From contig JBJLBP010000001.1 of the NCBI GenBank assembly GCA_045568075.1, forward strand, positions 377,232 through 441,231: a stretch of 64,000 nt of DNA, read 5' to 3'. This document shows, one piece after another, positions 28,145 through 37,301 of this stretch (its first letter is position 1; each line of letters opens with the position of its first letter). The translations under genes and the position numbers were made by a program. The notes beneath the pieces were generated by a model. The model was not told where the DNA came from. It did not search any database and was given only the letters and a program-made list of their open reading frames with translations. This DNA comes from Candidatus Thalassarchaeaceae archaeon (GTDB lineage: Archaea > Thermoplasmatota > Poseidoniia > Poseidoniales > Thalassarchaeaceae).

Positions 28145-31100
28145 ATGCTGAAAGGCGACTCAATGGGGCAGCGACTCATGACCAAACGCATCGCGGTTGC
28201 GATACTCGGGATTTTCCTCCTATCTCTCGCTCCGGCTGGTGGGGTTCATGTTGAGTCAACTGGGGATTCGGAGGAAATACTGGACCCAGTTGTGAATCGT
28301 ATTGGGATTGCACCTGATCCAGATTCAATCCAAGATCTTGGTTCACCACGAGTCCTTGAGGGTCTCGAGAGGACTCGTGAGAATACGGCCGACTCTACAA
28401 TCGGCGTTTACACCGAACTCGGCCTCATTCCATCGGTTCACTTGCCACGAGCTCTAGCTGAGCCTCGAAGCGACTTGGCGATGGTTATCGTCGATGGAGA
28501 TGTTGGCATCTGGGATGCTCGTATTGCTGTCGAGGAAGCGGCTGATGTTGAGATTCGCTCGACAATTCCTCCATCGGGATTCCTCGTGCAGGGTGATGAA
28601 AAGCAGATTTCATTGCTCGCTGAGGAATCGATAGTAGTCGCAGTCCACTCTGTCTCGTCCGGCCTGCTCGCCCATCCGCTTCTGCGGCTGGTCGAAGAAG
28701 GCCCGATGATGGTCGAGTTGCTCGGCTGGAAGGATGACGAATTACAACGCCACGCCGAGCCAGGCCTCGGTCTGGAAGATTCGTTAGAAGCAGTTGCAGA
28801 ACTTTGGTTGACCGATTCATGGAGCCCAGAAGAGGGGCGTGTATGGGGCGTCGTTGATATCTCCGATATCGGCAGTGTCCTACAGCACCCCTCAGTCGCT
28901 TGGGTTGCGCCGCTACCGGTGCTAGAAACCAAAAATGACAATGCCCGAACCCACATGGGAATCGATACGGTCGACTCCTTCTTCGTCACTGATCTAGATG
29001 GCTCCGGCCAAACTGTTGCCGTCGGCGATTCGGGCATTGACCATGATCATGGGGATTTCAACAACCGAATCGTCGGTCGAACTTCTGTCACCCCTGGAGA
29101 TTCCTCGACCGCTGATCCATCGGATGGTCACGGAACCCACGTGGCTTGCACAGTGCTGGGTTCCGGAATGCGCAGCAGCGGGACTTACAACGGCGTCGCT
29201 CCCGGTGCTAGCCTCTACTTCCAAGCAATGGAGGATGATGACACAGGTGCTCTCTACAGTTACGGCATTAACAGCATGTTGAATTCTGCTTACAATGCTG
29301 GTGCCCGCCTGCACACCAATAGCTGGGGAGCGGGCAGTGGACACGGATCATATTCGACCCAGTCCGAGGATGCGGACGACCGCACCTCGACTTGGGATCA
29401 ATACTGGAGTCACGAGGGTATGACTGTGCTCTTCGCGGCTGGCAACGAGCGTAATGACGGAGTTTCACCACCTGGTACTGCGAAGAATGTCATCACAGTT
29501 GGTGGCCACAAGAATCGCTACAGTGGCTCTCCTGACGAGATGTATTACTGGAGTAGCCGCGGTCCAACTGACGATGGCCGTCTCAAGCCCGACCTTGTAG
29601 GACCGGGAGACGGTGTTCGATCTTGCCTCGCTCAAGAGGCTCAGGATGCAGATTCAGGATGGTCAAACAACTGGTACATCGAGTACAGCGGCACTTCCAT
29701 GTCGACTCCAGCCGCTGCCGGAGCCGCCGCCCTCGTGCGCGAGTATCTGATGGAAGTGGCAAATCGACCGGCTCCACAGGGTGCTTTGGTCAAGGCACTC
29801 CTGATTCTTGGCGCCGAGGACATGGGAAATCGTAACATTCCGAATAATGACGAGGGCTGGGGAAGAGTCAATCTGATTAATTCACTCATCCCCGATAGCG
29901 ACGAAGGTATCTTCGTCGATGATCGTAGTAGAATTCGAAGTGGCGAGACCCAAGAATACACCTTCGAAATCACTCGCGCTGGTGAGCCTCTGAAGGTGGT
30001 CCTCGCTTGGTCGGACTATCCTGGTTCATCATCTTCAAGCAATCAATTACGTAACGATTTGAATCTTGAAGTGATTCATCCGAGCGGTGGAACTACCTAC
30101 AAAGGAAATGTCTTCAATTCAGGGCGTTCAATCGCTGGTGGCTCCTTCGATTCAAAGAATAATGTCGAGGTTGTTCTAGTCGATAATGCCGCTGTCGGGA
30201 CATGGACTGTCCGTGTCAAGGACGATTATCACGGCGGCAGCCGCACCTGGCAGCCATTCGCTCTCGCGGTTCGTGGAGTGAACGTCAACGATCTCTCACC
30301 AGACCCAACTTTTGCTCCTGATGTATCGGTTACTCCAACCATTCCTCAGATTGGAGACTCGGTTCAGATTGGAATCACTCTCGAGAATCTAGGAGCAGGA
30401 TCTGTCTCAGATCTCGAAGTAATGGCGCGTGCAGATGGGTCTCACATCTCGACCCAAACCATCTCTATGACTCCGGGTGAATCGGTCGGAATGACTTGGA
30501 ATTGGACACCGACAAGCGAGGGACTGATAGATCTGTCATTCCACATTGATCCAAACGAACTTGTCGACGAATCCAACGAAGGAAATAACCTACTCACACA
30601 CACAGTAATCATCAGTGCACCCGGAGTTCGAGTGACTTCGGATGAACCATTCATGACTCTTGGGGAGGCTGACGACAGCTCAACCACTTGGTCACTTACT
30701 CTGACGAATACCGCCCTCTTCGAGACCAATGCAACAATCGAAGCCTCCTCTCCTATTCGACAGAGCGATGGCCTCGAATTCGATTGGTTCTACTCTTTCA
30801 CATCGAATACGTTCAACCTGCTGGAAGCGGAATCTGTTGAGATTGGATTCACTCTGATCCATCCAGCTCCTCCGCAGCCTGGAACCTATGTCATGACGAT
30901 TACAGGAACTGATGTCGAGAATGAGATTGAATCGATGCTCGACATCTACTTCGAGGTGCCCATTCTTGCAGCCGCCGATGTTGAAATCACATCAGGCCAA
31001 GTCCAAGTCAGTCCAATTTCTAAGACTCAAATTCAGGTCTTCGTAACCAATGTGGGCAATGGCCCTCAGACCTACGATGTCGAACTCAGCTCTCCTGCGG

Positions 31101-32665
31101 GCTGGCACCTCGGCCTCGACGTGCTCGGAGCCTTCGCAGGTTCCTCACACGGCTCGACTGGAACTCTCTTCGTCGGCGAGCGCCGGACAATTGACATCAC
31201 GGTGAATCCACCCGGCGCGATGATCCCAGCCGGCTCGGTATTCGACGCCGGCTTGACGATCCATTCTCGCGTCAGTAGTGATTCTTGGTCGGTACCGATT
31301 CCTCTCGAGGTCATCATCATCGACCAACTTTCGACCACACCAATCAGTGATGGCATTGAGCACGAAGTCTCGCCCGATTCGACTCTCGTGCTCGATATCG
31401 ATTTCCTCAACAACGGTAATCGAGACCTGACGATGACCCCGTATTCGCGAGGTATCCCATCGGGTTGGACTGTAGTAGGAGGTCTTGACACACTCTTCGC
31501 ACCTACCGGCTCAACGACTAGTTGGTCGGTGACTCTGCAAGGCAATGGCAGGGCGACCAGCGGCGACTTCAAGCTCCGCTTCGCCACTGATGACGGCTTC
31601 GCTATCGACTGGAACAGAACCATCGATGTCCTCTCAGCCGCGATACCCGCTCTGACTTTCCACCAAGTCGTTCTTGGCGACGGCACATCTGCTGACACAC
31701 CACTAGGAGTCGGAGCCCATCCCGTCGGAACAGGCTTCGATTTGGCTTGGGAGGTCGAGAATGAAGGTACCTCAACTTGGAAGCCGACCACGAGTATCAT
31801 CATCCCTGAAGGTGATTGGTTGGGGACTTGCCCAACTACACCATCCTCTCTCGCTCCCGGCGCGAGTAGCATCATTTGGTGCACCGTGACGATTCCACTA
31901 TCGGCTGAGGCCGGGAGTGAACCATACGTCACTCTCAGGATGGAAGGCGAAGGTATCGAGATCGAGAATTCGATCTCGCTACGCGTAGACTCTGTCTCCG
32001 CGGTGACTTGGAATCTGCGAACCCAAGCCCAGGCACACGAGGGCTACCCTATCCAGATGACTGTGGATATTCAGAACGTTGGTAATGCGCAAGTGAATCA
32101 TCGCTTAGATGTCACAGCACCATCTGGCTGGAACGTCTTCATCAATGACGAGGTCCTAGTCATTCTGAGTCCCGGCGAATCACGTTCGATCGTCATTGAA
32201 TTCACCCCCAATGCTGGCAGCGATGGAATCATCGAGATGTCACTTCGCTATGGCGAGGACATTCAGGGGTCCACCTTCTCCTTCGATGTCGATGTGATGC
32301 CCGGTAAGGGCGGTGATAGCAGCCTTGGTTCAACACTCATTCCAATCTTCTTCATCCTCATTATCGCAATCATCGGTGGGGCCGGATTCTATGTCTTCAA
32401 GCAGCGCGGAGGCAAACTCGATTCCATCATCTCAAAAGAGGCTGTGAGCAAGATTTCCGAGTCGCTGAAACTTAGTGAAGAAGAGAGCGGATCTGGTATC
32501 GAATGTTGGGTTTGTAGTCGTGATATATTCGAGGGTAAAGCTCACGCTTGTGGCAATTGTGGAGCCCGCTATCACCAAGCCGGACAGATTCGAGGATGCG
32601 ATATCCTCTCCGTTGGCCGCTGTTTGCACTGTAACGCAGATTCGAGCGAGCTCGTCGAGGCTTGA
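28145..32665 (+). CDS. Membrane-anchored S8 subtilisin-like serine protease D (1506 aa) with many CARDB-like beta-sandwich repeats, a TM helix and a cytoplasmic C-terminal double zinc ribbon.
   Basis: Catalytic triad contexts VAVGDSGIDHDHGDF (Asp), DGHGTHVACTV (His) and GTSMSTPAAAGAAALV (Ser). At least six repeats of the (V/I)xNxGN..xxxL type. TM LIPIFFILIIAIIGGAGFYVF. Tail CWVCS-x11-CGNC...C-x7-CLHC. A signal peptide (ILGIFLLSLAPAGG) after alternative starts at 28163 or 28178. Confidence 0.8.
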   Translation: MLKGDSMGQRLMTKRIAVAILGIFLLSLAPAGGVHVESTGDSEEILDPVVNRIGIAPDPDSIQDLGSPRVLEGLERTRENTADSTIGVYTELGLIPSVHLPRALAEPRSDLAMVIVDGDVGIWDARIAVEEAADVEIRSTIPPSGFLVQGDEKQISLLAEESIVVAVHSVSSGLLAHPLLRLVEEGPMMVELLGWKDDELQRHAEPGLGLEDSLEAVAELWLTDSWSPEEGRVWGVVDISDIGSVLQHPSVAWVAPLPVLETKNDNARTHMGIDTVDSFFVTDLDGSGQTVAVGDSGIDHDHGDFNNRIVGRTSVTPGDSSTADPSDGHGTHVACTVLGSGMRSSGTYNGVAPGASLYFQAMEDDDTGALYSYGINSMLNSAYNAGARLHTNSWGAGSGHGSYSTQSEDADDRTSTWDQYWSHEGMTVLFAAGNERNDGVSPPGTAKNVITVGGHKNRYSGSPDEMYYWSSRGPTDDGRLKPDLVGPGDGVRSCLAQEAQDADSGWSNNWYIEYSGTSMSTPAAAGAAALVREYLMEVANRPAPQGALVKALLILGAEDMGNRNIPNNDEGWGRVNLINSLIPDSDEGIFVDDRSRIRSGETQEYTFEITRAGEPLKVVLAWSDYPGSSSSSNQLRNDLNLEVIHPSGGTTYKGNVFNSGRSIAGGSFDSKNNVEVVLVDNAAVGTWTVRVKDDYHGGSRTWQPFALAVRGVNVNDLSPDPTFAPDVSVTPTIPQIGDSVQIGITLENLGAGSVSDLEVMARADGSHISTQTISMTPGESVGMTWNWTPTSEGLIDLSFHIDPNELVDESNEGNNLLTHTVIISAPGVRVTSDEPFMTLGEADDSSTTWSLTLTNTALFETNATIEASSPIRQSDGLEFDWFYSFTSNTFNLLEAESVEIGFTLIHPAPPQPGTYVMTITGTDVENEIESMLDIYFEVPILAAADVEITSGQVQVSPISKTQIQVFVTNVGNGPQTYDVELSSPAGWHLGLDVLGAFAGSSHGSTGTLFVGERRTIDITVNPPGAMIPAGSVFDAGLTIHSRVSSDSWSVPIPLEVIIIDQLSTTPISDGIEHEVSPDSTLVLDIDFLNNGNRDLTMTPYSRGIPSGWTVVGGLDTLFAPTGSTTSWSVTLQGNGRATSGDFKLRFATDDGFAIDWNRTIDVLSAAIPALTFHQVVLGDGTSADTPLGVGAHPVGTGFDLAWEVENEGTSTWKPTTSIIIPEGDWLGTCPTTPSSLAPGASSIIWCTVTIPLSAEAGSEPYVTLRMEGEGIEIENSISLRVDSVSAVTWNLRTQAQAHEGYPIQMTVDIQNVGNAQVNHRLDVTAPSGWNVFINDEVLVILSPGESRSIVIEFTPNAGSDGIIEMSLRYGEDIQGSTFSFDVDVMPGKGGDSSLGSTLIPIFFILIIAIIGGAGFYVFKQRGGKLDSIISKEAVSKISESLKLSEEESGSGIECWVCSRDIFEGKAHACGNCGARYHQAGQIRGCDILSVGRCLHCNADSSELVEA

Positions 32666-32728
32666 ACCGCGACCCTACGGGCTCGCGTGGCCCGAAGCCC
32701 TTAGAGGGGCCCGATTCTCGGCAGAGCG

Positions 32729-35413
32729 ATGAATCGTGCTGCTTTGGCCCGTTTGCTGACGGTTCTGCTTCTTGTCACGATGCTCTCTCCTATGGTTCAG
32801 GCTGAGGTTGATCCACGTTTGACAGCGAGTCCGATGGCTCAGGAAGCCGACGCAGATGAACCAGCTGAGTACGATATCACCGTTCACAACGATGGCGACG
32901 ATGATATGGCCGTATCTCTGAGCACTTCGCAAGACGCATCGGATTGCAATGGATTCAGTTCCTCAATCGAACAGGTCTCGGGTACCATAGGTTCTGGTGA
33001 ATCTGAGACTGTCACACTCACAGTGACCGTTAACGATCAAGCCAATGGTGAGTGTGAGACAACTGTCCAAGCGACTGCACAAGTCGCTGATGGAGCGCCA
33101 GGTACTCCGAAGAATGCCGATATCACAGTCACCACCACCGCCGGAGACGGCGGTGGACTCTATGCAGTCAAACTCTCGACCGATGAACCGAGTGTCGATT
33201 ATGATGGAGACGACGATATCGTTTGGGAGGTCGAGGTGGAGAATACCGGTGAACAGCAGGCGAATGTCCAACTCGAGATGACTAGTGAGGATGATTGCGA
33301 GTCAGACGATCTCACAGCAACCGTCGATCCAGCGGTAGTACAGCTTGAATCCGGTGACAAGGAAACAGTCGACGTGACAGTCGAAATTCCCGACGGTAGT
33401 TCCACCGAGGCTGGTCAGCACTGTTTCCTATTGAGGGCTGAAGTCACCAACGACCCCAATCAAGCCGACCGAGCCGGAGACAATCTAACTCTCAGTCTCA
33501 ATATTCCAGAAGTCAAGGAGTGCGACGGATCTCTTTCAACCACATCTCACAGTCTCGATCCATTTGAGACAGCGGAGAATAGCTTTGAAGTCGAAAATAC
33601 GGGAAATACCGAGTGGACTGTTCAGATGCAAGCCCAATCGCCGGGAACCGACATCACGGGTTGGGTTGAGTTTGATAGCCCGAAGACAAAATTACTCGCC
33701 AAACCCGGTAATTCCGACGATAGCCACACCTTCACATTCTCAGTGACTCCTGATGATTCAGCCGAAGCCGGCTCTCAGATTGAAATCAAGATTCAAGGAC
33801 GTTCGAACCAAGGCGTCGGCTGCGAACAGATTCTCACAGTCACAATCGGTCAAGTTCATGATGCGAAATTGACCCTCAGTACATCGAAACTTTCCAATGT
33901 AGAACCGGGGAGTTCAGATTCAGTCACTTTGACGGTGGAGAATCGCGGTAATGGGCTCGATACCTTTTCTCTGACTACGATTGACCTCCCTGAAGGTTGG
34001 CAAATTTCATTCTCTCAATCTTCGGTCACCGTCAACAGTCGTCATGATTCTAACAACAAGGTTTCTCTGACCGCCACAATCAATGTCCCTGCAGATGCTC
34101 TCGCGGGCGATAACACGATTGAATTCGGCGTGACTGTTAGTGGTTCGACGACTATTCTAGCCAGCAAGGTTCTGACGGTATCGGTCGCGGCAAGGCACGA
34201 CCTGACAGCTGATATGCTCTCAACTCAGCAGACGGGTCGCTCAGGGCAGGTCGTCCAGTTCCCGATAGATATCACGAACACCGGGAATATCCGTGATACG
34301 TTCAAGCTCCAAGTCTGCGATCCGAGTGACCAGACAGGATGCAATCCTCCGATGTGGGCTGCGTCTTATTCTGACACAAATGGAAATTCAATTTCGCAGT
34401 TGATTCTTGATCCTAGCGAGTCTAAGCGAGTCTTCCTCGATGTTACCGTCGAGGGTGAGGAAGACGCGGATTCAGTCACAATTCTCTCACGCGTGGCGAT
34501 ATTTGGAACCAGCGAGAAGGTCGAGCATACGATTAGCGTGATCGTATCAAACTACGATTACGGCATGGCAATCTCGCCCGAAATGCCGGGTCCGATAGCC
34601 GGGCAGCTCGACGTTGTTCTACCACCAGGTGGAGTCACAGAAATCAATTTCTGGCTCGAGAATACAGGTAATTTCCCCGGCGGAGATAAAGCCGTCATAT
34701 CGATGGCGGGAATGGAATCATCGGTTCTGAGGAGTGTTCTGATCGATGGCGTGGTCGTCAATGATAACATCCCAGTTCCATCTGGTGATCGCGTTCTCAT
34801 TACGATTCAACTCGAGGTACTGGAAGGTGTGGGAAGTGGAACTACTGGCGTGATAAAGATCAGCGCTTCCTCCGAGAAGAATGCTGCTGAGAGCACCTCA
34901 GTTGATCTCGCCTTCGAGGTCAGGACAATCCATGATTTGCAATTCACACTCGAAGGCGAAGAGGATGCGACGACGGATGAGAAAACCAGTGTTGAGTTCA
35001 TTTTGTATGTGACTAATCATGGAAACATCGTCGAGACAGTCCAGATCCTAACAAGCGATTCTCTCCGTGGATGGACGGTCAATGTCATCCCTGACGAATT
35101 CCAACTCTCACCTGGGAACTCTCGAACCATCACAGTGAGGGTGACTCCTCCGGCGGGGATGATCCAAGATGACACCTATAGATTCACCATCACAGTCCAG
35201 CCCAAGGGCATGCCCGTAGCGGGCGAACCCCTCGATCTCGAAGTAACTGCTGAGGTCTCCCCTGGACTCAACTGGCTGAGCGAGCAGAACGAGCAGATTC
35301 TGGTTTACGGATTGACAGGCATTGGGGCTCTGCTCGTCGTCATTCTCTTCTTCCGCTCGCGCACAGAGAACCGTCGTATCATCGAGGCGCTCGAGCACGA
35401 ATCGAGCGACTGA
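32729..35413 (+). CDS. Surface protein E: signal peptide, ~8 tandem CARDB/DUF11-like repeats, C-terminal TM anchor with a short cytoplasmic tail.
   Basis: Signal MNRAALARLLTVLLLVTMLSPMVQA; repeated modules with VxVxNxGN...D.F.L motifs (VEVENTGEQQANV, FEVENTGNTEWTV, LTVENRGNGLDTF, IDITNTGNIRDTF, FWLENTGNFPGG, LYVTNHGNIVETV); TM ILVYGLTGIGALLVVILFF. Confidence 0.6.
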   Translation: MNRAALARLLTVLLLVTMLSPMVQAEVDPRLTASPMAQEADADEPAEYDITVHNDGDDDMAVSLSTSQDASDCNGFSSSIEQVSGTIGSGESETVTLTVTVNDQANGECETTVQATAQVADGAPGTPKNADITVTTTAGDGGGLYAVKLSTDEPSVDYDGDDDIVWEVEVENTGEQQANVQLEMTSEDDCESDDLTATVDPAVVQLESGDKETVDVTVEIPDGSSTEAGQHCFLLRAEVTNDPNQADRAGDNLTLSLNIPEVKECDGSLSTTSHSLDPFETAENSFEVENTGNTEWTVQMQAQSPGTDITGWVEFDSPKTKLLAKPGNSDDSHTFTFSVTPDDSAEAGSQIEIKIQGRSNQGVGCEQILTVTIGQVHDAKLTLSTSKLSNVEPGSSDSVTLTVENRGNGLDTFSLTTIDLPEGWQISFSQSSVTVNSRHDSNNKVSLTATINVPADALAGDNTIEFGVTVSGSTTILASKVLTVSVAARHDLTADMLSTQQTGRSGQVVQFPIDITNTGNIRDTFKLQVCDPSDQTGCNPPMWAASYSDTNGNSISQLILDPSESKRVFLDVTVEGEEDADSVTILSRVAIFGTSEKVEHTISVIVSNYDYGMAISPEMPGPIAGQLDVVLPPGGVTEINFWLENTGNFPGGDKAVISMAGMESSVLRSVLIDGVVVNDNIPVPSGDRVLITIQLEVLEGVGSGTTGVIKISASSEKNAAESTSVDLAFEVRTIHDLQFTLEGEEDATTDEKTSVEFILYVTNHGNIVETVQILTSDSLRGWTVNVIPDEFQLSPGNSRTITVRVTPPAGMIQDDTYRFTITVQPKGMPVAGEPLDLEVTAEVSPGLNWLSEQNEQILVYGLTGIGALLVVILFFRSRTENRRIIEALEHESSD

Positions 35414-35535
35414 GTCGCGGGCTCACAACTCGGACCAATGAATGTCTTCTCACGGCTCCTGCTTTCTCCGTGCTCGACCAATCTCAACGAGCGCACGGTT
35501 ATGCTTATGACCGAATTTCAGGTGGGCAACTCTGC

Positions 35536-35552
35536 CGGTCCCTACGGGACCG
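35536..35552 (+). promoter_or_regulatory. Hairpin/palindrome CGGTCCC-TAC-GGGACCG 14 nt upstream of the nuoA start; near-identical to the element at 9344.
   Basis: A 7-bp perfect inverted repeat; SD-like CAGGTG follows at 35554-35559; a TTATGCTTATGA TATA-like stretch lies about 35 nt upstream. Confidence 0.35.
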
Positions 35553-35565
35553 TCAGGTGTCAGCG

Positions 35566-36012
35566 ATGTCGACGGTACCAGAAGCCTATCTCGCATTGGC
35601 AATCATGACTCTCGTTGGCATCGGATTTCCAGTCATGAGCTTCGTCGCTTCCCGCTTCCTAAGGCCGATGCCGAGCGCTAATGACGGCAACAAATTGCGC
35701 TCGATTCTCTTACCGGGTTACGAGACTGATCAGAGCTTGTACGTCCGGCGAGATAGCACGTATGAGTGTGGATCCGAACCTGTTGGTGACGCTCACATCA
35801 ATTTCCACTTCCAGTACTACTGGTATGCAATCATCTTCCTCGTCTTCGATATCGCATTCATGTTCCTCGCGTTTGGCGGGATCGTCGCAATCGAAGAGGC
35901 CGGTGGCGACATTGATGTCTGGTCTGCGATGATGACTCTCACCGTGTTCATGGTGCTGATGAGTCTGGGCGTATGGCACGTCTTCCGCAAGCGAGGAAGG
36001 ATCTACATCTGA
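35566..36012 (+). CDS. nuoA: NADH-quinone oxidoreductase subunit A.
   Basis: Three TM helices and the conserved FLVFDIAFMFL motif. The ORF opens at 35470; ATG 35566 fits the NuoA length. Confidence 0.85.
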   Translation: MSTVPEAYLALAIMTLVGIGFPVMSFVASRFLRPMPSANDGNKLRSILLPGYETDQSLYVRRDSTYECGSEPVGDAHINFHFQYYWYAIIFLVFDIAFMFLAFGGIVAIEEAGGDIDVWSAMMTLTVFMVLMSLGVWHVFRKRGRIYI

Positions 36013-36021
36013 GGTGATTGA

Positions 36022-36618
36022 ATGAGCGATGAAACCTCTAATTTCTCTGTTTTCAACAGCAGAATCCTAGTCGATACCGTCGGTGACATCACCGATGAGG
36101 CCCTGAAGGCAAGTCGCATGAAGGAGATTATCGGTGTCCTTGGAGGACGCCTCTTCAACTGGGGTCAGCGCAAGTCGCTATTTCCTCTTCACCTTGGAAT
36201 CAAGTGCTGTGCTCTTGAGATGGCTGCGGCAGGTGCGAGTCGCTTCGATGCTGAGCGCTTCGGCGTTTTCTTCCGCTCCAGCCCGCGCCAATGTGATGTT
36301 TTACTGGTCAATGGTCCAATTTCGAAGAAGTTCGCTGACCCCATAGTTCGCCTTTGGGAGCAGATGCCTGAGCCAAAGTGGTGCATAGCCATGGGCGAGT
36401 GCGCTATCTCTGGAGGGCCTTACTTCCAATCTTACAACATCCTCGAAGGCGTCGATACGGTAATTCCCGTTGATGTCTACATCCCGGGATGCCCACCTCG
36501 GCCTGAAGCGCTAATCGACGGTTTCGGCAAGTTGCGTGAGAAGATCATTCGCATCGGTGCGGTACCAAGCGAAGTCAGGCCGATGAGTGAGGCACCGCTT
36601 ATCGTCGGAGACGAGTGA
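36022..36618 (+). CDS. nuoB: NADH-quinone oxidoreductase subunit B (N2 cluster subunit).
   Basis: CCALEMAAAG, GPISKKF and IAMGECAISGGPY cysteine motifs; CPPRPE. Confidence 0.9.
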   Translation: MSDETSNFSVFNSRILVDTVGDITDEALKASRMKEIIGVLGGRLFNWGQRKSLFPLHLGIKCCALEMAAAGASRFDAERFGVFFRSSPRQCDVLLVNGPISKKFADPIVRLWEQMPEPKWCIAMGECAISGGPYFQSYNILEGVDTVIPVDVYIPGCPPRPEALIDGFGKLREKIIRIGAVPSEVRPMSEAPLIVGDE

Positions 36619-36631
36619 AGGAGGATTCGAG

Positions 36632-37288
36632 ATGGGCAAGAAGGTCACAGCGGCGGCCCAGCAGAAGGCCGCCGAGTCTCTCGCCGAGGTAATGTCCTCG
36701 ATCGATGGTGTCAACGCCACTGTCGACACCCGCACCAGCGGCACACAGGACCGCCATACCGTCAGCGCCACCAGTACTCCTGAATCATGGCGCGCACTGG
36801 CTGAGAATCTCGCTGCTGAGCAAGGCGTCGACTATTGTTCCATGATTACCGGAATTCACTGGCCCGACGCGGCCGACAAGACCTGGGAGGTTGTCTACCA
36901 TCTGATGCGCACCTGTGTCAGGGACCCAGCGTCGATTCAAGGCGTCATCCAACCGAACATTACTGATGCAAACAATGTCGAGGGAGCAGATGTTCCTCTC
37001 GAGATTCAGATTAGTATCGCTCTTCCAGATACTCGTGAGCCCGCTGTCGCCTCGGTACAGGACATCTGGGTTGGAGCGGATTGGAATGAGAAGGAGACTT
37101 GGGATCTCGTCGGCATCGATTTCGATGGCCACGAGGGTATGCGCCGAGTACTCAATCCACACGAGACTCCAGTCGGATACCATCCGTTGCAGAAGCAGCA
37201 CAAGTTACGCTACCACGGCTTCGAGGAAATGTACGACGATGTTCAGGGATACCTGAGGAAGCCAGCTGATGCTGGCAAGCTGAAGTGA
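36632..37288 (+). CDS. nuoC: NADH-quinone oxidoreductase subunit C (30 kDa).
   Basis: GAAGGAGG lies 8 nt before ATG 36632; NuoC-like central region (DYCSMITGIHWPD...WEVVYHLM); separate from nuoD. Confidence 0.75.
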   Translation: MGKKVTAAAQQKAAESLAEVMSSIDGVNATVDTRTSGTQDRHTVSATSTPESWRALAENLAAEQGVDYCSMITGIHWPDAADKTWEVVYHLMRTCVRDPASIQGVIQPNITDANNVEGADVPLEIQISIALPDTREPAVASVQDIWVGADWNEKETWDLVGIDFDGHEGMRRVLNPHETPVGYHPLQKQHKLRYHGFEEMYDDVQGYLRKPADAGKLK

Positions 37289-37301
37289 GGAGGGGTTTCG
37301 A

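Noticed and set aside
28103-35552. Reading the CC-UAC-GG tips as C(UACG)G UNCG-type tetraloops
   Set aside because: Re-registering the stems for a UNCG tetraloop breaks the otherwise perfect Watson-Crick arms; they are better described as triloop hairpins.
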